Source: Parabacteroides sp. OttesenSCG-928-G21
GTDB lineage: Bacteria > Bacteroidota > Bacteroidia > Bacteroidales > Tannerellaceae
Direction: 5' to 3'
NCBI GenBank assembly: GCA_030266465.1
Contig: JAJDIA010000001.1
Coordinates: forward strand, 1-59,946
Length of the DNA stretch: 59,946 nt
Shown: piece after piece, positions 47,428-56,484 of the stretch
Layout: each line of letters starts with the position of its first letter
Position numbering within the stretch: position 1 is the first letter of the stretch
Made by a program: the position numbers and the translations under genes
The notes under the pieces: generated by a model
Database searches by the model: none
Seen by the model: the letters and a program-made list of their open reading frames with translations, nothing else
What the model was told of the DNA's origin: nothing

Positions 47428-47515
47428 TTAGACCCGGGTATAAATTTATTTTGACCCGGGTGTAAATAAAATTAGACCCGGGTGTAATCTGATTTAGACC
47501 CGGGTCTAACGGAAA
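47428..47515. repeat. 4 x 22-bp tandem array of TTAGACCCGGGTNTAA palindromes (array d)
   Basis: U1 ttagacccgggtataaatttat, U2 tttgacccgggtgtaaataaaa, U3 ttagacccgggtgtaatctgat, U4 ttagacccgggtctaacggaaa, with an exact 22-bp period. U4 contains the perfect 16-bp palindrome TTAGACCCGGGTCTAA. Confidence 0.95.
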
Positions 47516-47664
47516 ACATACCTGCGTCTGACTGGAAAAACAATCAAATGCTACCAACAAGACATGCTTGCATTACAAGAAAAAAATAAGCATGGAAAGA
47601 GAACTAAGCCTCATCCATGCTTATATATAATGTCAATTGATTTATAGGATTGATTCGGGGGGGC

Positions 47665-48696
47665 TTAATCTTGTTTTTCCAGCCACTCTTTAATTGCTTC
47701 TACAAAAGCTGCATTTTCAGCAGGCATCTGTGTAGAAAGGCGGAAATAAGTTTCATCCAGTCCACGGAAATTGGAGGCATCCCGAATAAGGATACCATAA
47801 TTTTCCACCAAATATTTCTTCAGATCAGCAGCTGTCCCCTTTTTTAAGCGTACTAAAAAGAATGTTGTTGCTGTTGGCAAAACCTCCAGACCATCCAATT
47901 TATTTAATTGGAAAATAAATTCAGCCGTTTCCCGTTGCCATTTGCGAATAGGCAAGGTAAACTGTGCCGGATGAATCAGGATATATTTACTGGCTTCAAT
48001 TGCCAACGCATTGATAGACCATGGAATAACATACTTATTGATCTTTTCCACTATCGCAGATGATGCCATCAGATAACCAATACGTAATCCGGGGATATTA
48101 TAATCTTTAGATATCGACTCTACCAGGATCAGGTTTTTGTAAGTATTGATATCTGTTGGTTTAAGCGTTTCCTCTGTTGTAAAAGTCGCATACGCCTGGT
48201 CTACGACAAACATTGTTTTTTTGTTCTCGGAAATCAGCTTCAATAATTCCGTACGATGCAATAATTTTCCATCCGGATTATTGGGATTGCATATCCAACA
48301 GAAATCCTGTCCTTCCAAAGATAACTCCGATAAATCATCCGAAGTTGAGAAAAAGGTGATTTCATGGTCATGCAACTGACATGCATCTTCATATTCTGAA
48401 AATGAAGGGATAGCGATCATTGACTTTGCACCTTTCCAAGCCTGAGCCAGCAGATAGAAGGCAGATACAGAGCCATTAGTCATTACCACATTTTCATTCT
48501 TGATTTCAAAACGCCGGGCCAACAAACGTTTCAACGATCCGGCATCCGGTTCCGGATAACGGGTCAGAACTTCAAGTTTAGCAGTCAGGTGTGCTATAAG
48601 CTTTTCCAGATTAGCACCATGCCACACATTAGAACTGAAGTTCATCTTAACTTCATTCTGTGCATTATAAAAATCATCCCCGTGTCCAAATATCAT
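47665..48696 (-). CDS. class I/II PLP-dependent aminotransferase-fold enzyme (HisC / threonine-phosphate decarboxylase CobD-like)
   Basis: MIFGHGDDFY N-terminus, YPEPDAGSLK, NPNNPDG, and the PLP lysine context SISKDYNIPGLRIGY. Confidence 0.65.
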   Translation of the reverse strand: MIFGHGDDFYNAQNEVKMNFSSNVWHGANLEKLIAHLTAKLEVLTRYPEPDAGSLKRLLARRFEIKNENVVMTNGSVSAFYLLAQAWKGAKSMIAIPSFSEYEDACQLHDHEITFFSTSDDLSELSLEGQDFCWICNPNNPDGKLLHRTELLKLISENKKTMFVVDQAYATFTTEETLKPTDINTYKNLILVESISKDYNIPGLRIGYLMASSAIVEKINKYVIPWSINALAIEASKYILIHPAQFTLPIRKWQRETAEFIFQLNKLDGLEVLPTATTFFLVRLKKGTAADLKKYLVENYGILIRDASNFRGLDETYFRLSTQMPAENAAFVEAIKEWLEKQD

Positions 48697-48765
48697 GATT
48701 ATACGTATAAATGAAAATGTAAATACTCTGTTCTTAGCAATGCAAAAATAAGAATCTTTTCGGTT

Positions 48766-51750
48766 CTATCGATCAATTGATTTATAGATTGCATCCTGAA
48801 TACGCGTACGTATGTCTAAAGAGGATAGTTTATTATTTCCTCTGTTAGGATTCACCCGGTTGGTAAGTAATATATATATCAACTGATTATCCGGATCAAC
48901 CCAAAAACAGGTCCCTGTATATCCGGTATGCCCATAAACCGATTGTGGTGCCAATGCCCCGCAAGGTGACAGGTTCGGATTGCTCGGATCCGGTTTATCA
49001 AAGCCCAATCCTCTACGGCTATTCGGACTTTTACTTTGTGTAAACAGACGGGTTGTTTCTTCCGAGATATACTCTTCTCCACCATAATTACCCATATTCA
49101 AATACATCTGCAAAACCTTAGCCAGATCGTTTGCATCAGAAAATAATCCGGCATTACCCGAAACTCCACCCTGAAAAGCAGCCGCTTCGTCATGCACATA
49201 TCCCCGCAGCAATTGTTTGCGGACAAACTGATCGTCTTCCGTCGGTACAATCCGACTGATAAGTATAGTTTTCAACGGATTAAACCTTAATGTCTGCGCA
49301 CCTAATCTATTATAAAAATCATCATACAACTGCTGATCCATCGGTTTATCCATAAGCCTTTCCATCGCCATCTTCAACATAATGAAATTGACACAGCTAT
49401 ATGAATAGCGTCCTCTGCGGCTTAATCGGGAATCTTTTATTTCCTTCATAATCGTATCTTTAAAGGACTCATGAACATAAAAGTTCTTAGCTGCCTCCGT
49501 AGAATAGCCTGCTTTCTTTGTTGTCGAAATCAAAGAAGGGAAGTAGGTAAAATCATTGCGCACCCAGGTTCGCGCATCAAAACGTACCGGATGGGTGGCT
49601 TTTCTCGAACTGCTGTACAAACTGCCTGTATAACTGTCATGATCAATCGCCTTTAGGTAAAAATTTATCGTAGAGATAACTCCGGATTGATGATACAATA
49701 ACTCGCGAATAGAAAGATCTTTTTTATCCGAATCTTTCAGTTCCGGCAAAAACTCTGAGATTTTACTATTCAATGTGAATTTCTTCGCATCGTATGCCTT
49801 CATTACCGTTAAAAGCGTACCGGCTGCTTTTGTTATGGAAGCCAGATCATAGACAGAACTCTCCGTTACCTGTTGGTCTTTGGAATAATCAAAATATCCA
49901 AACCCTTTATTGTAAACGATCATTCCGTCTTTTGCGATCAGGATCTGACATCCGGGAAAAGCCTCTTTTTCCAATGCCTCATTGACAATAGACTCAACCA
50001 CATTCAGACGTACCGGATTAAAACCAACCTCCTCCGGTTGATGATAACCCAATCTGTTTTTTTCCGTAAACAAACCGGTACCTGCAAAATAAAAATCTGA
50101 GATGGAAACCGGAAGTTTACCCTTTGCCCCTATCCCGCCAAAGACAACCTGAGCAGCATATTCCTGTGACAATGGCGTGGACTCATAGCCCATAATCACA
50201 CTTTTAGAATTGACAAGGGAAACACTGTAATTCCGAATGAAATAAGGTTGTGTGAAAAAAACCAGGATAAACTCTTTTTTTGCCGCCAACTGCCGCAGAC
50301 TCTGACTTTCAGGAATACGAACAGTATGTACGCTGCATATAATTACATCATAATTGGACAACTGGTTATATACCCGTTGAATCTGTTCGGCGGACATACT
50401 TTGCGTAATAGCAAAACAGGCAACAGAATCATATTTATTCAACGTGGTTTGAAACTCATTTCCGGTCAATTCACCAATAGAAAGTGCCGCTATTTTCTTC
50501 TTATCCAATTGTTTTAACGGAAGATAAGATGCTTCATTTTTTAACACAGTAATAGCCTCTGCATTTAGTTTAGCAACCAACCAGTCCGCATGTGGTGTAT
50601 TCAGGCGTTCCAGCAAACGCACCGTATCTATCGGCTGATACTGGTGTAATCCGGCTATGTATTTATATTGCAAAATCTTAATACATTTTGCCTCTATATC
50701 TTTCAGGCTAAGAACGCCACTTTCTACCGCCTGTTTTACCGCTTTAAAATCAGTAAAAGGAGATGTTGGTGCCAATAAAACATCATTCCCTGCCAACAGT
50801 GCTTTTACAGAAGGATTATCTGAACTTTGGGTGGAAGCTCCCTTCATCGCCAATGCATCTGTAAAGCATAGCCCCTGAAAACCTAATTCTTTTTGTAAGT
50901 AATCCGTCACAATCTTACGGGAAAAAGAAGAGGCTTGATTAGGCGTATTATCCAAAGTCGGTACATATAGATGTCCGGTCATTACGCCGGCAAAACCTTC
51001 ATAGATATAGCGTTTGAAAGGCAACAACTCCACGCTGTCTAACCGTTGGCGGTCATGCCGGATAACAGGGAGTGTATTATGAGAATCGTCCGAAGTGTCT
51101 CCGTGTCCGGGGAAATGTTTGGCTACCGAAAGTACCCCCATACTTTCCAATCCGCGTGAATAAGCAATTCCTTTTTCAGCTACGGCATCCGGATCCTCTC
51201 CGAATGCACGTGTTCCGATAACCGGATTACGCGGATTGCTATTCACATCCAAAACCGGTGCAAAATTGATATGGATCCCCATTTCAAGACATTGCCGGGC
51301 TACCTCTTTTCCATACGCTTCAATCAGGCTATTGTCTTCAATAGCACCCAACATCATATTTTTAGGGAAACGCGTCGTCTCACTCAAACGCATGGAAAGT
51401 CCCCACTCGCCATCCAGGGAAACCAACATCGGAACACGGGAAACCTGCTGTATCCGGTTAGTTACTTCAGCCTGTTTGACCGGATTCCCCACATGAAAAA
51501 GAATCCCTCCTATCTTTACTTCATTAACATAACGTAAAAGCAATTGGATATTGCGCGAATCGTCTGTCGGATTGGCCACCACCATGAAAAGTTGACCGAT
51601 ACGTTCATCCTCACTCAACGTATCAAAAACAGAATCCACCCAGTGGTTCATCTTCTCCTTGTCAACCTTACGATATAATTCAGGTATAGTTTGCGCAAAG
51701 GCAGAGAGTAGGCTACAACAACATAAAAAAATCAAACAAAACTTTCTCAT
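48766..51750 (-). CDS. fusion of a glycoside hydrolase family 3 (NagZ-like) N-terminal domain with a C-terminal serine beta-lactamase/PBP-like domain
   Basis: Signal peptide. GH3 motifs are KHFPGHGDTSDDSH and DALAMKG. The C-terminal serine hydrolase carries SITK (SxxK) and a HTGYTGT (KTG-like) motif. Confidence 0.85.
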   Translation of the reverse strand: MRKFCLIFLCCCSLLSAFAQTIPELYRKVDKEKMNHWVDSVFDTLSEDERIGQLFMVVANPTDDSRNIQLLLRYVNEVKIGGILFHVGNPVKQAEVTNRIQQVSRVPMLVSLDGEWGLSMRLSETTRFPKNMMLGAIEDNSLIEAYGKEVARQCLEMGIHINFAPVLDVNSNPRNPVIGTRAFGEDPDAVAEKGIAYSRGLESMGVLSVAKHFPGHGDTSDDSHNTLPVIRHDRQRLDSVELLPFKRYIYEGFAGVMTGHLYVPTLDNTPNQASSFSRKIVTDYLQKELGFQGLCFTDALAMKGASTQSSDNPSVKALLAGNDVLLAPTSPFTDFKAVKQAVESGVLSLKDIEAKCIKILQYKYIAGLHQYQPIDTVRLLERLNTPHADWLVAKLNAEAITVLKNEASYLPLKQLDKKKIAALSIGELTGNEFQTTLNKYDSVACFAITQSMSAEQIQRVYNQLSNYDVIICSVHTVRIPESQSLRQLAAKKEFILVFFTQPYFIRNYSVSLVNSKSVIMGYESTPLSQEYAAQVVFGGIGAKGKLPVSISDFYFAGTGLFTEKNRLGYHQPEEVGFNPVRLNVVESIVNEALEKEAFPGCQILIAKDGMIVYNKGFGYFDYSKDQQVTESSVYDLASITKAAGTLLTVMKAYDAKKFTLNSKISEFLPELKDSDKKDLSIRELLYHQSGVISTINFYLKAIDHDSYTGSLYSSSRKATHPVRFDARTWVRNDFTYFPSLISTTKKAGYSTEAAKNFYVHESFKDTIMKEIKDSRLSRRGRYSYSCVNFIMLKMAMERLMDKPMDQQLYDDFYNRLGAQTLRFNPLKTILISRIVPTEDDQFVRKQLLRGYVHDEAAAFQGGVSGNAGLFSDANDLAKVLQMYLNMGNYGGEEYISEETTRLFTQSKSPNSRRGLGFDKPDPSNPNLSPCGALAPQSVYGHTGYTGTCFWVDPDNQLIYILLTNRVNPNRGNNKLSSLDIRTRIQDAIYKSIDR

Positions 51751-51848
51751 TCGTACCTTCTGATATTTCTTTCAAAAGTAACCATTTTCTTTTAAATTTA
51801 TCTATCTTTGGCTCGTTACCTTTTTGTTAATCTAATACTAAAACAGTT

Positions 51849-52628
51849 ATGCAACGTCGGCATTTCATTAAAGCGGCTGGTGTTCTGGCCACAATACCAG
51901 CATTAAGCTGTGTAAATCAAACTTCTGCACAAACAGAATCCTCTTCAGAAAAAAAAGAGATCTACGAATGGCGTATTTACACATTAGCTGAAAACGGCAC
52001 TACAGTAGACACCTTTTTTCAAAACACATTAATACCTGCTTATAACAAAATGGGTATTAAAGTAGGTGCTTTCAAACTTCATAAGGAAGGAGAGGAAGAT
52101 AAACGCTATTTCTTATTCATCTATCCGGATATTACGACCTATTTTAATTGCAAGAAAAATATCTGGAAAGACGCAGCATTCACGCAAGCGGCTCAGCCGT
52201 ATTTCGATGAAACGGCCCCTAATCCGGCATTTTCAGCCCTGGAGACCTATTTATCAGAAGCATTTGATAAAATCCCGGTATACCGGAAACCCGATCCAAG
52301 CAGGGGTTTATTCGAATTGCGTATCTATCGCAGTCCTAACGAAGAGGCCAATCAACGGAAGGTTAAAATGTTTAACGTAGACGAGATTGCTATTTTCGAC
52401 GAAGTAGGTATTAATTCCGTTTGTTACGGAGATATTCTGGCAGGTCCAAGAATGCCGGCATTATTATATCTGACCTGGTATAAAGATGAAGAGACAAGAA
52501 GTGAAGCCTGGAGCAAATTCAGCGCACATCCGGAATGGCAACGAATCAGAAAATTACCTGAATATGCTTATACTTCCACTCAGAATCAAAGTATATTACT
52601 GGCTCCTTTAGCCTATTCACAATTATAA
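51849..52628 (+). CDS. Tat-signal protein with two NIPSNAP-like domains
   Basis: MQRRHFIKAAGVLATIPALS twin-arginine signal. EIYEWRIYTL and LFELRIYRS start two dimeric alpha-beta-barrel-type repeats. Confidence 0.7.
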   Translation: MQRRHFIKAAGVLATIPALSCVNQTSAQTESSSEKKEIYEWRIYTLAENGTTVDTFFQNTLIPAYNKMGIKVGAFKLHKEGEEDKRYFLFIYPDITTYFNCKKNIWKDAAFTQAAQPYFDETAPNPAFSALETYLSEAFDKIPVYRKPDPSRGLFELRIYRSPNEEANQRKVKMFNVDEIAIFDEVGINSVCYGDILAGPRMPALLYLTWYKDEETRSEAWSKFSAHPEWQRIRKLPEYAYTSTQNQSILLAPLAYSQL

Positions 52629-53795
52629 TCAACCCATACGGAAAGTATAATCATTCTTTCCCCGGAATAATCTATAGATACGAACATAGACATCAAACAA
52701 AGGTGCTATTATCTCCAAGAGCAAAAGCCATCCGCCGGGTGGCTTTTGTTTTAATAGCTTAGATGATTTATGAAAAATAACCACTTTAACAACAAAGCGT
52801 ATCAGATAAAGAAGTCCGGCCAATACAGCAATCAGCCAATTGCCTGATAAACCGACAACCACAGAAGCTATCACAGCCAGAACAAATAAGAAAAACAAGA
52901 CCTCTTCCATACGAAAGAAGGGCAAACTTCCTCCCTTATAATATCGCTTGGTAGCCGCCCGCGAAACCTTCATTTCTTTCCAGATTTTAAAGCGCTCTAT
53001 CCGATTCATTTCCACGATACTATTCGGCATATATACGACTTCTGTATTTCTTTTATTGGCAGACTCATTGACAAATAAATCATCATCTCCGGCATGCAAT
53101 GCCAATGATCTTTGATAACCTTTATGTTGAAAAAACAGTGCTTTCAGGTAAGATAAATTCCTACCGTTGCCGGTATAAGGTTTCCTGACAAGAGCAGAGG
53201 TAAACATTTGTAAACCCTCTTTCAGATTATCATAAGCAATCAATCTATGCAAAAAGCCTTTATGATGTCCGTAAGCACAGAAACCGAGAACAATTTCCGT
53301 ATTTGCTTTATATTTTCCGGCGACGGATGCTATCCAGTCCGAACTGAGCGGTTTGCAATTCGCTTCCGTAAACAATAGTATATCATGCTTTGCCGCTTTA
53401 ATACCAACAGTCAATGCCAATTTCTTCCGGCTCAGGTATTTTACATCTTCCGGAATATAGGTGTGATATAGATGTTTATATTCCAATTCGAAACGTTTCA
53501 GCACATCATCACTTTCATCCGTTGAGCCGTCATTGATCACAACAACTTCATATTCCGGATAATCCTGTGTCAATAATGCAGGCAGATTCTTCTGCAAATT
53601 CTCCGATTCATTTTTTGCATAAACGATAACCGAAACAGGCGGTTGAGTGGGTTCTATTGTCTCTTCTCTCCGTGCCCTGCGTAGTGGACGGGAATAACTT
53701 ATCAACCAGTATAACAACAGAATAACAAATAAAACCGTTGTTATTCCAGCTACAACCAACTCTAAAAAAGAAAATTGAAATAACTGTTCCATCAT
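52629..53795 (-). CDS. family 2 glycosyltransferase, membrane-anchored
   Basis: VSVIVYAKNE...VVVINDGSTDES and a GDDDLF (DxD-like) motif. It has an N-terminal and several C-terminal TM helices. Confidence 0.8.
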   Translation of the reverse strand: MMEQLFQFSFLELVVAGITTVLFVILLLYWLISYSRPLRRARREETIEPTQPPVSVIVYAKNESENLQKNLPALLTQDYPEYEVVVINDGSTDESDDVLKRFELEYKHLYHTYIPEDVKYLSRKKLALTVGIKAAKHDILLFTEANCKPLSSDWIASVAGKYKANTEIVLGFCAYGHHKGFLHRLIAYDNLKEGLQMFTSALVRKPYTGNGRNLSYLKALFFQHKGYQRSLALHAGDDDLFVNESANKRNTEVVYMPNSIVEMNRIERFKIWKEMKVSRAATKRYYKGGSLPFFRMEEVLFFLFVLAVIASVVVGLSGNWLIAVLAGLLYLIRFVVKVVIFHKSSKLLKQKPPGGWLLLLEIIAPLFDVYVRIYRLFRGKNDYTFRMG

Positions 53796-53836
53796 ACTCC
53801 GTATATCATCCTAACATTAAAATAAAATCCGAACGA

Positions 53837-54994
53837 TTATAATTCATCCGAATAATAAGCTACCGGCAACTGGCGGCAATTATATTGTGAAGCCATCACT
53901 TCACCATAAGCTCCCGCCGAACGAAGCGCTATTAAATCTCCCCGGTGCGCTTTATTCAATTCAACCTCTTTCCCGAAAACGTCCGATGACTCGCAGATAG
54001 GACCGACAACGTCATAAAATTCAACAGGATCATCATTGCTTATGTTCTCAATCCGGTGATAGGCATCATACATAGCCGGACGGATTAATTCCGTAAACCC
54101 GGCATCTAAGATAGCGAATTTCTTAGCCTCACCCTCTTTCACATACAATACTTTTGATATCAGGCTTCCGCACTGTGCTACAACTGAACGTCCGGGTTCA
54201 AAATGAACCTGTTGTCCCGGACGAACCTGTAATAACTTATGAAAAACAGCAAAATAATCATCAAACGGAGGAATAGACAGATGATTAGGATGATAATAGT
54301 CCACTCCCAATCCGCCACCAAAATTCACATGCTCCACGGTAATTCCTCGCTGATCCAGCTCTTCCTGAATTTCATTCATGCGAATAGCCAGACTACGAAA
54401 AGCCGAGATATCGGTGATTTGAGAGCCAATATGACTATGTATCCCTATTAGCTTAACATGCTTCAGAGTTTTTAGCAAATCCAGCACTTGCCCCAACATA
54501 CTCAGGTTAATGCCAAACTTGTTTTCTTTCATGCCAGTAGTAATTTTGGCATGTGTGCGTGCATCCACCTCCGGATTGATACGAAACGCCACGGAAGCAA
54601 TTTTATTCTTCTTTTCCGCCCATTCGTTTAGTATTTCCAGTTCAGCAGCCGACTCCACATTAAAACAGAAAATATCATTATCCAAGCCAAGCTCTATCTC
54701 CCAATCCGCTTTTCCTACACCAGCAAAAACAATTTTATTAGCCGGAAAACCGGCAGCAAGCGATGCCCGTATCTCACCTCCGCTCACACAATCCGCACCT
54801 AATCCATATTCGGCAATAATCGAAAGAATGCGCGGATTGGCATTTGCTTTTACGGCATAATGCACATGATATCCATATTTGTCGGATTCCGTTTTTACCG
54901 TTTCCAATGTTTCTCTTAATAATGAGATATCGTAATAATAAAAAGGCGTAGGGATAACCTTAAACTTTTCTACCGGAAATGTACCCTTGAGCAT
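53837..54994 (-). CDS. lysA: diaminopimelate decarboxylase
   Basis: TPFYYYD, HYAVKAN (PLP lysine), GGGLGV and CESSDVF motifs. Confidence 0.9.
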   Translation of the reverse strand: MLKGTFPVEKFKVIPTPFYYYDISLLRETLETVKTESDKYGYHVHYAVKANANPRILSIIAEYGLGADCVSGGEIRASLAAGFPANKIVFAGVGKADWEIELGLDNDIFCFNVESAAELEILNEWAEKKNKIASVAFRINPEVDARTHAKITTGMKENKFGINLSMLGQVLDLLKTLKHVKLIGIHSHIGSQITDISAFRSLAIRMNEIQEELDQRGITVEHVNFGGGLGVDYYHPNHLSIPPFDDYFAVFHKLLQVRPGQQVHFEPGRSVVAQCGSLISKVLYVKEGEAKKFAILDAGFTELIRPAMYDAYHRIENISNDDPVEFYDVVGPICESSDVFGKEVELNKAHRGDLIALRSAGAYGEVMASQYNCRQLPVAYYSDEL

Positions 54995-55068
54995 AATATG
55001 TATTATTTGAAAAGATTACAGAAATGCGAAATAAAAGGGCAACCTTAAAAGACTGCCCTTATTATTAT

Positions 55069-56382
55069 TTAGTTATTAAATAGATGATCACTAAGGGCTT
55101 GAAGAGCTCGCTTCTTATCTTCAGCTTTTACCAGTAACGATACGTTATAATTGCTACCGCCATAAGAAATCATACGAACAGGAACATCTTTCAATGAATG
55201 AACGATTTTAGCTTCAAAACCAACATTCTCCCATTCCAGATCACCGACAACACAGATAATCACCATATCCGGATCTACTGTTACTGTTCCGAATTTCTTC
55301 AAATCATCCACGATCTCTTCCAGATGTTTACGATTGTCAATCGTAACGGAAACACCCACTTCCGAAGTGGTTACCATATCTATTGGTGTCTGGTAGTTTT
55401 CAAATATCTCAAAAACTTTACGAAGAAAACCGGTAGCCAATAACATACGACCACTCTTTATCTTGATCGCAGTAATATTTTCTTTCGCCGCAACAGCTTT
55501 GATCAACCCTTTTTCAGTTGCATTTGAAATCAATGTACCCGGAGCTTTCGGTTCAATTGTATTCAGTAAACGCACCGGTATATTGTTCAGTTTAGCCGGA
55601 AGAATACAGGTCGGGTGTAATATTTTCGCACCGAAATAGGCTAACTCTGCCGCTTCCTCAAAATGAAGGTTACGCACCGGAGATGTTTTATCCACAATAC
55701 GGGGATCATTATTATGCATACCGTCGATATCCGTCCAAATCTGTATTTCTTCCGCATTAATAGCGGCACCTACCAGTGAAGCTGTATAATCACTACCACC
55801 ACGCTGCAGGTTATCAATCTCGGCATAAGCGTTCCGGCAAATATAACCCTGTGTGATATACAGGTCCGCATCTTTTTGCTGATCCAGCAACTTCAATAAT
55901 TTTTCCTTGATATATACCGGATCCGGTTCTGCATTTTTATCCGTACGCATATAATCCAAAGCCGGGATCTGTACCGAATTAACTCCACATTCGTTCAGGT
56001 AGAGATTCACCATACCGGTAGAAAGCAACTCACCCTGTGCCAACACGATACGCTCTTCAAACAAGGTAAACAGATCTTTCGTAAAGGTACGGATCAAATC
56101 AAATATAGATTTTATATGTTCTTTGGCCTTCTGTTTATATTCTTCGGTAGCATATAATTCTTCCACATGGTCATAATATTTCATGGCCAATTTGTTGATG
56201 ATTTCATTGGCTCCGTCCGGATTCTTTTTATACAAATAATCCGATATTTCCACCAATGAGTTGGTTGTACCTGACATGGCAGACAACACGACAATCTTAC
56301 GCTCGCCTGTAATCAGTTTTGCTACATCTTTCATTCGTTGGGCTGAGCCCACAGAAGTACCGCCAAACTTTAAAACTTTCAT
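55069..56382 (-). CDS. lysC: aspartate kinase (monofunctional)
   Basis: MKVLKFGGTSVG, GGSDYTA and C-terminal ACT domains. Confidence 0.9.
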   Translation of the reverse strand: MKVLKFGGTSVGSAQRMKDVAKLITGERKIVVLSAMSGTTNSLVEISDYLYKKNPDGANEIINKLAMKYYDHVEELYATEEYKQKAKEHIKSIFDLIRTFTKDLFTLFEERIVLAQGELLSTGMVNLYLNECGVNSVQIPALDYMRTDKNAEPDPVYIKEKLLKLLDQQKDADLYITQGYICRNAYAEIDNLQRGGSDYTASLVGAAINAEEIQIWTDIDGMHNNDPRIVDKTSPVRNLHFEEAAELAYFGAKILHPTCILPAKLNNIPVRLLNTIEPKAPGTLISNATEKGLIKAVAAKENITAIKIKSGRMLLATGFLRKVFEIFENYQTPIDMVTTSEVGVSVTIDNRKHLEEIVDDLKKFGTVTVDPDMVIICVVGDLEWENVGFEAKIVHSLKDVPVRMISYGGSNYNVSLLVKAEDKKRALQALSDHLFNN

Positions 56383-56466
56383 TTTCTTCTATAGATATTA
56401 ATTGGTTTATTTCGCTCCGATTGGATTTTTCATTAAGCCTTTTCTGCCCCAATCGTTTAGCAGGTG

Positions 56467-56474
56467 CAAAGTTA
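56467..56474 (-). promoter_or_regulatory. Bacteroidetes-type -7 box (TAACTTTG) upstream of lysC
   Basis: The plus strand reads caaagtta at 56467-56474, giving a leader of roughly 80 nt to the ATG at 56382. Confidence 0.4.
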
Positions 56475-56484
56475 CAATAAAAAA

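Noticed and set aside
56383-56484. Lysine riboswitch upstream of lysC
   Set aside because: The spacer is only about 100 nt. After the -7 box, roughly 80 nt of leader remain, too short for an L-box (about 180 nt). I could not find the conserved L-box helices.
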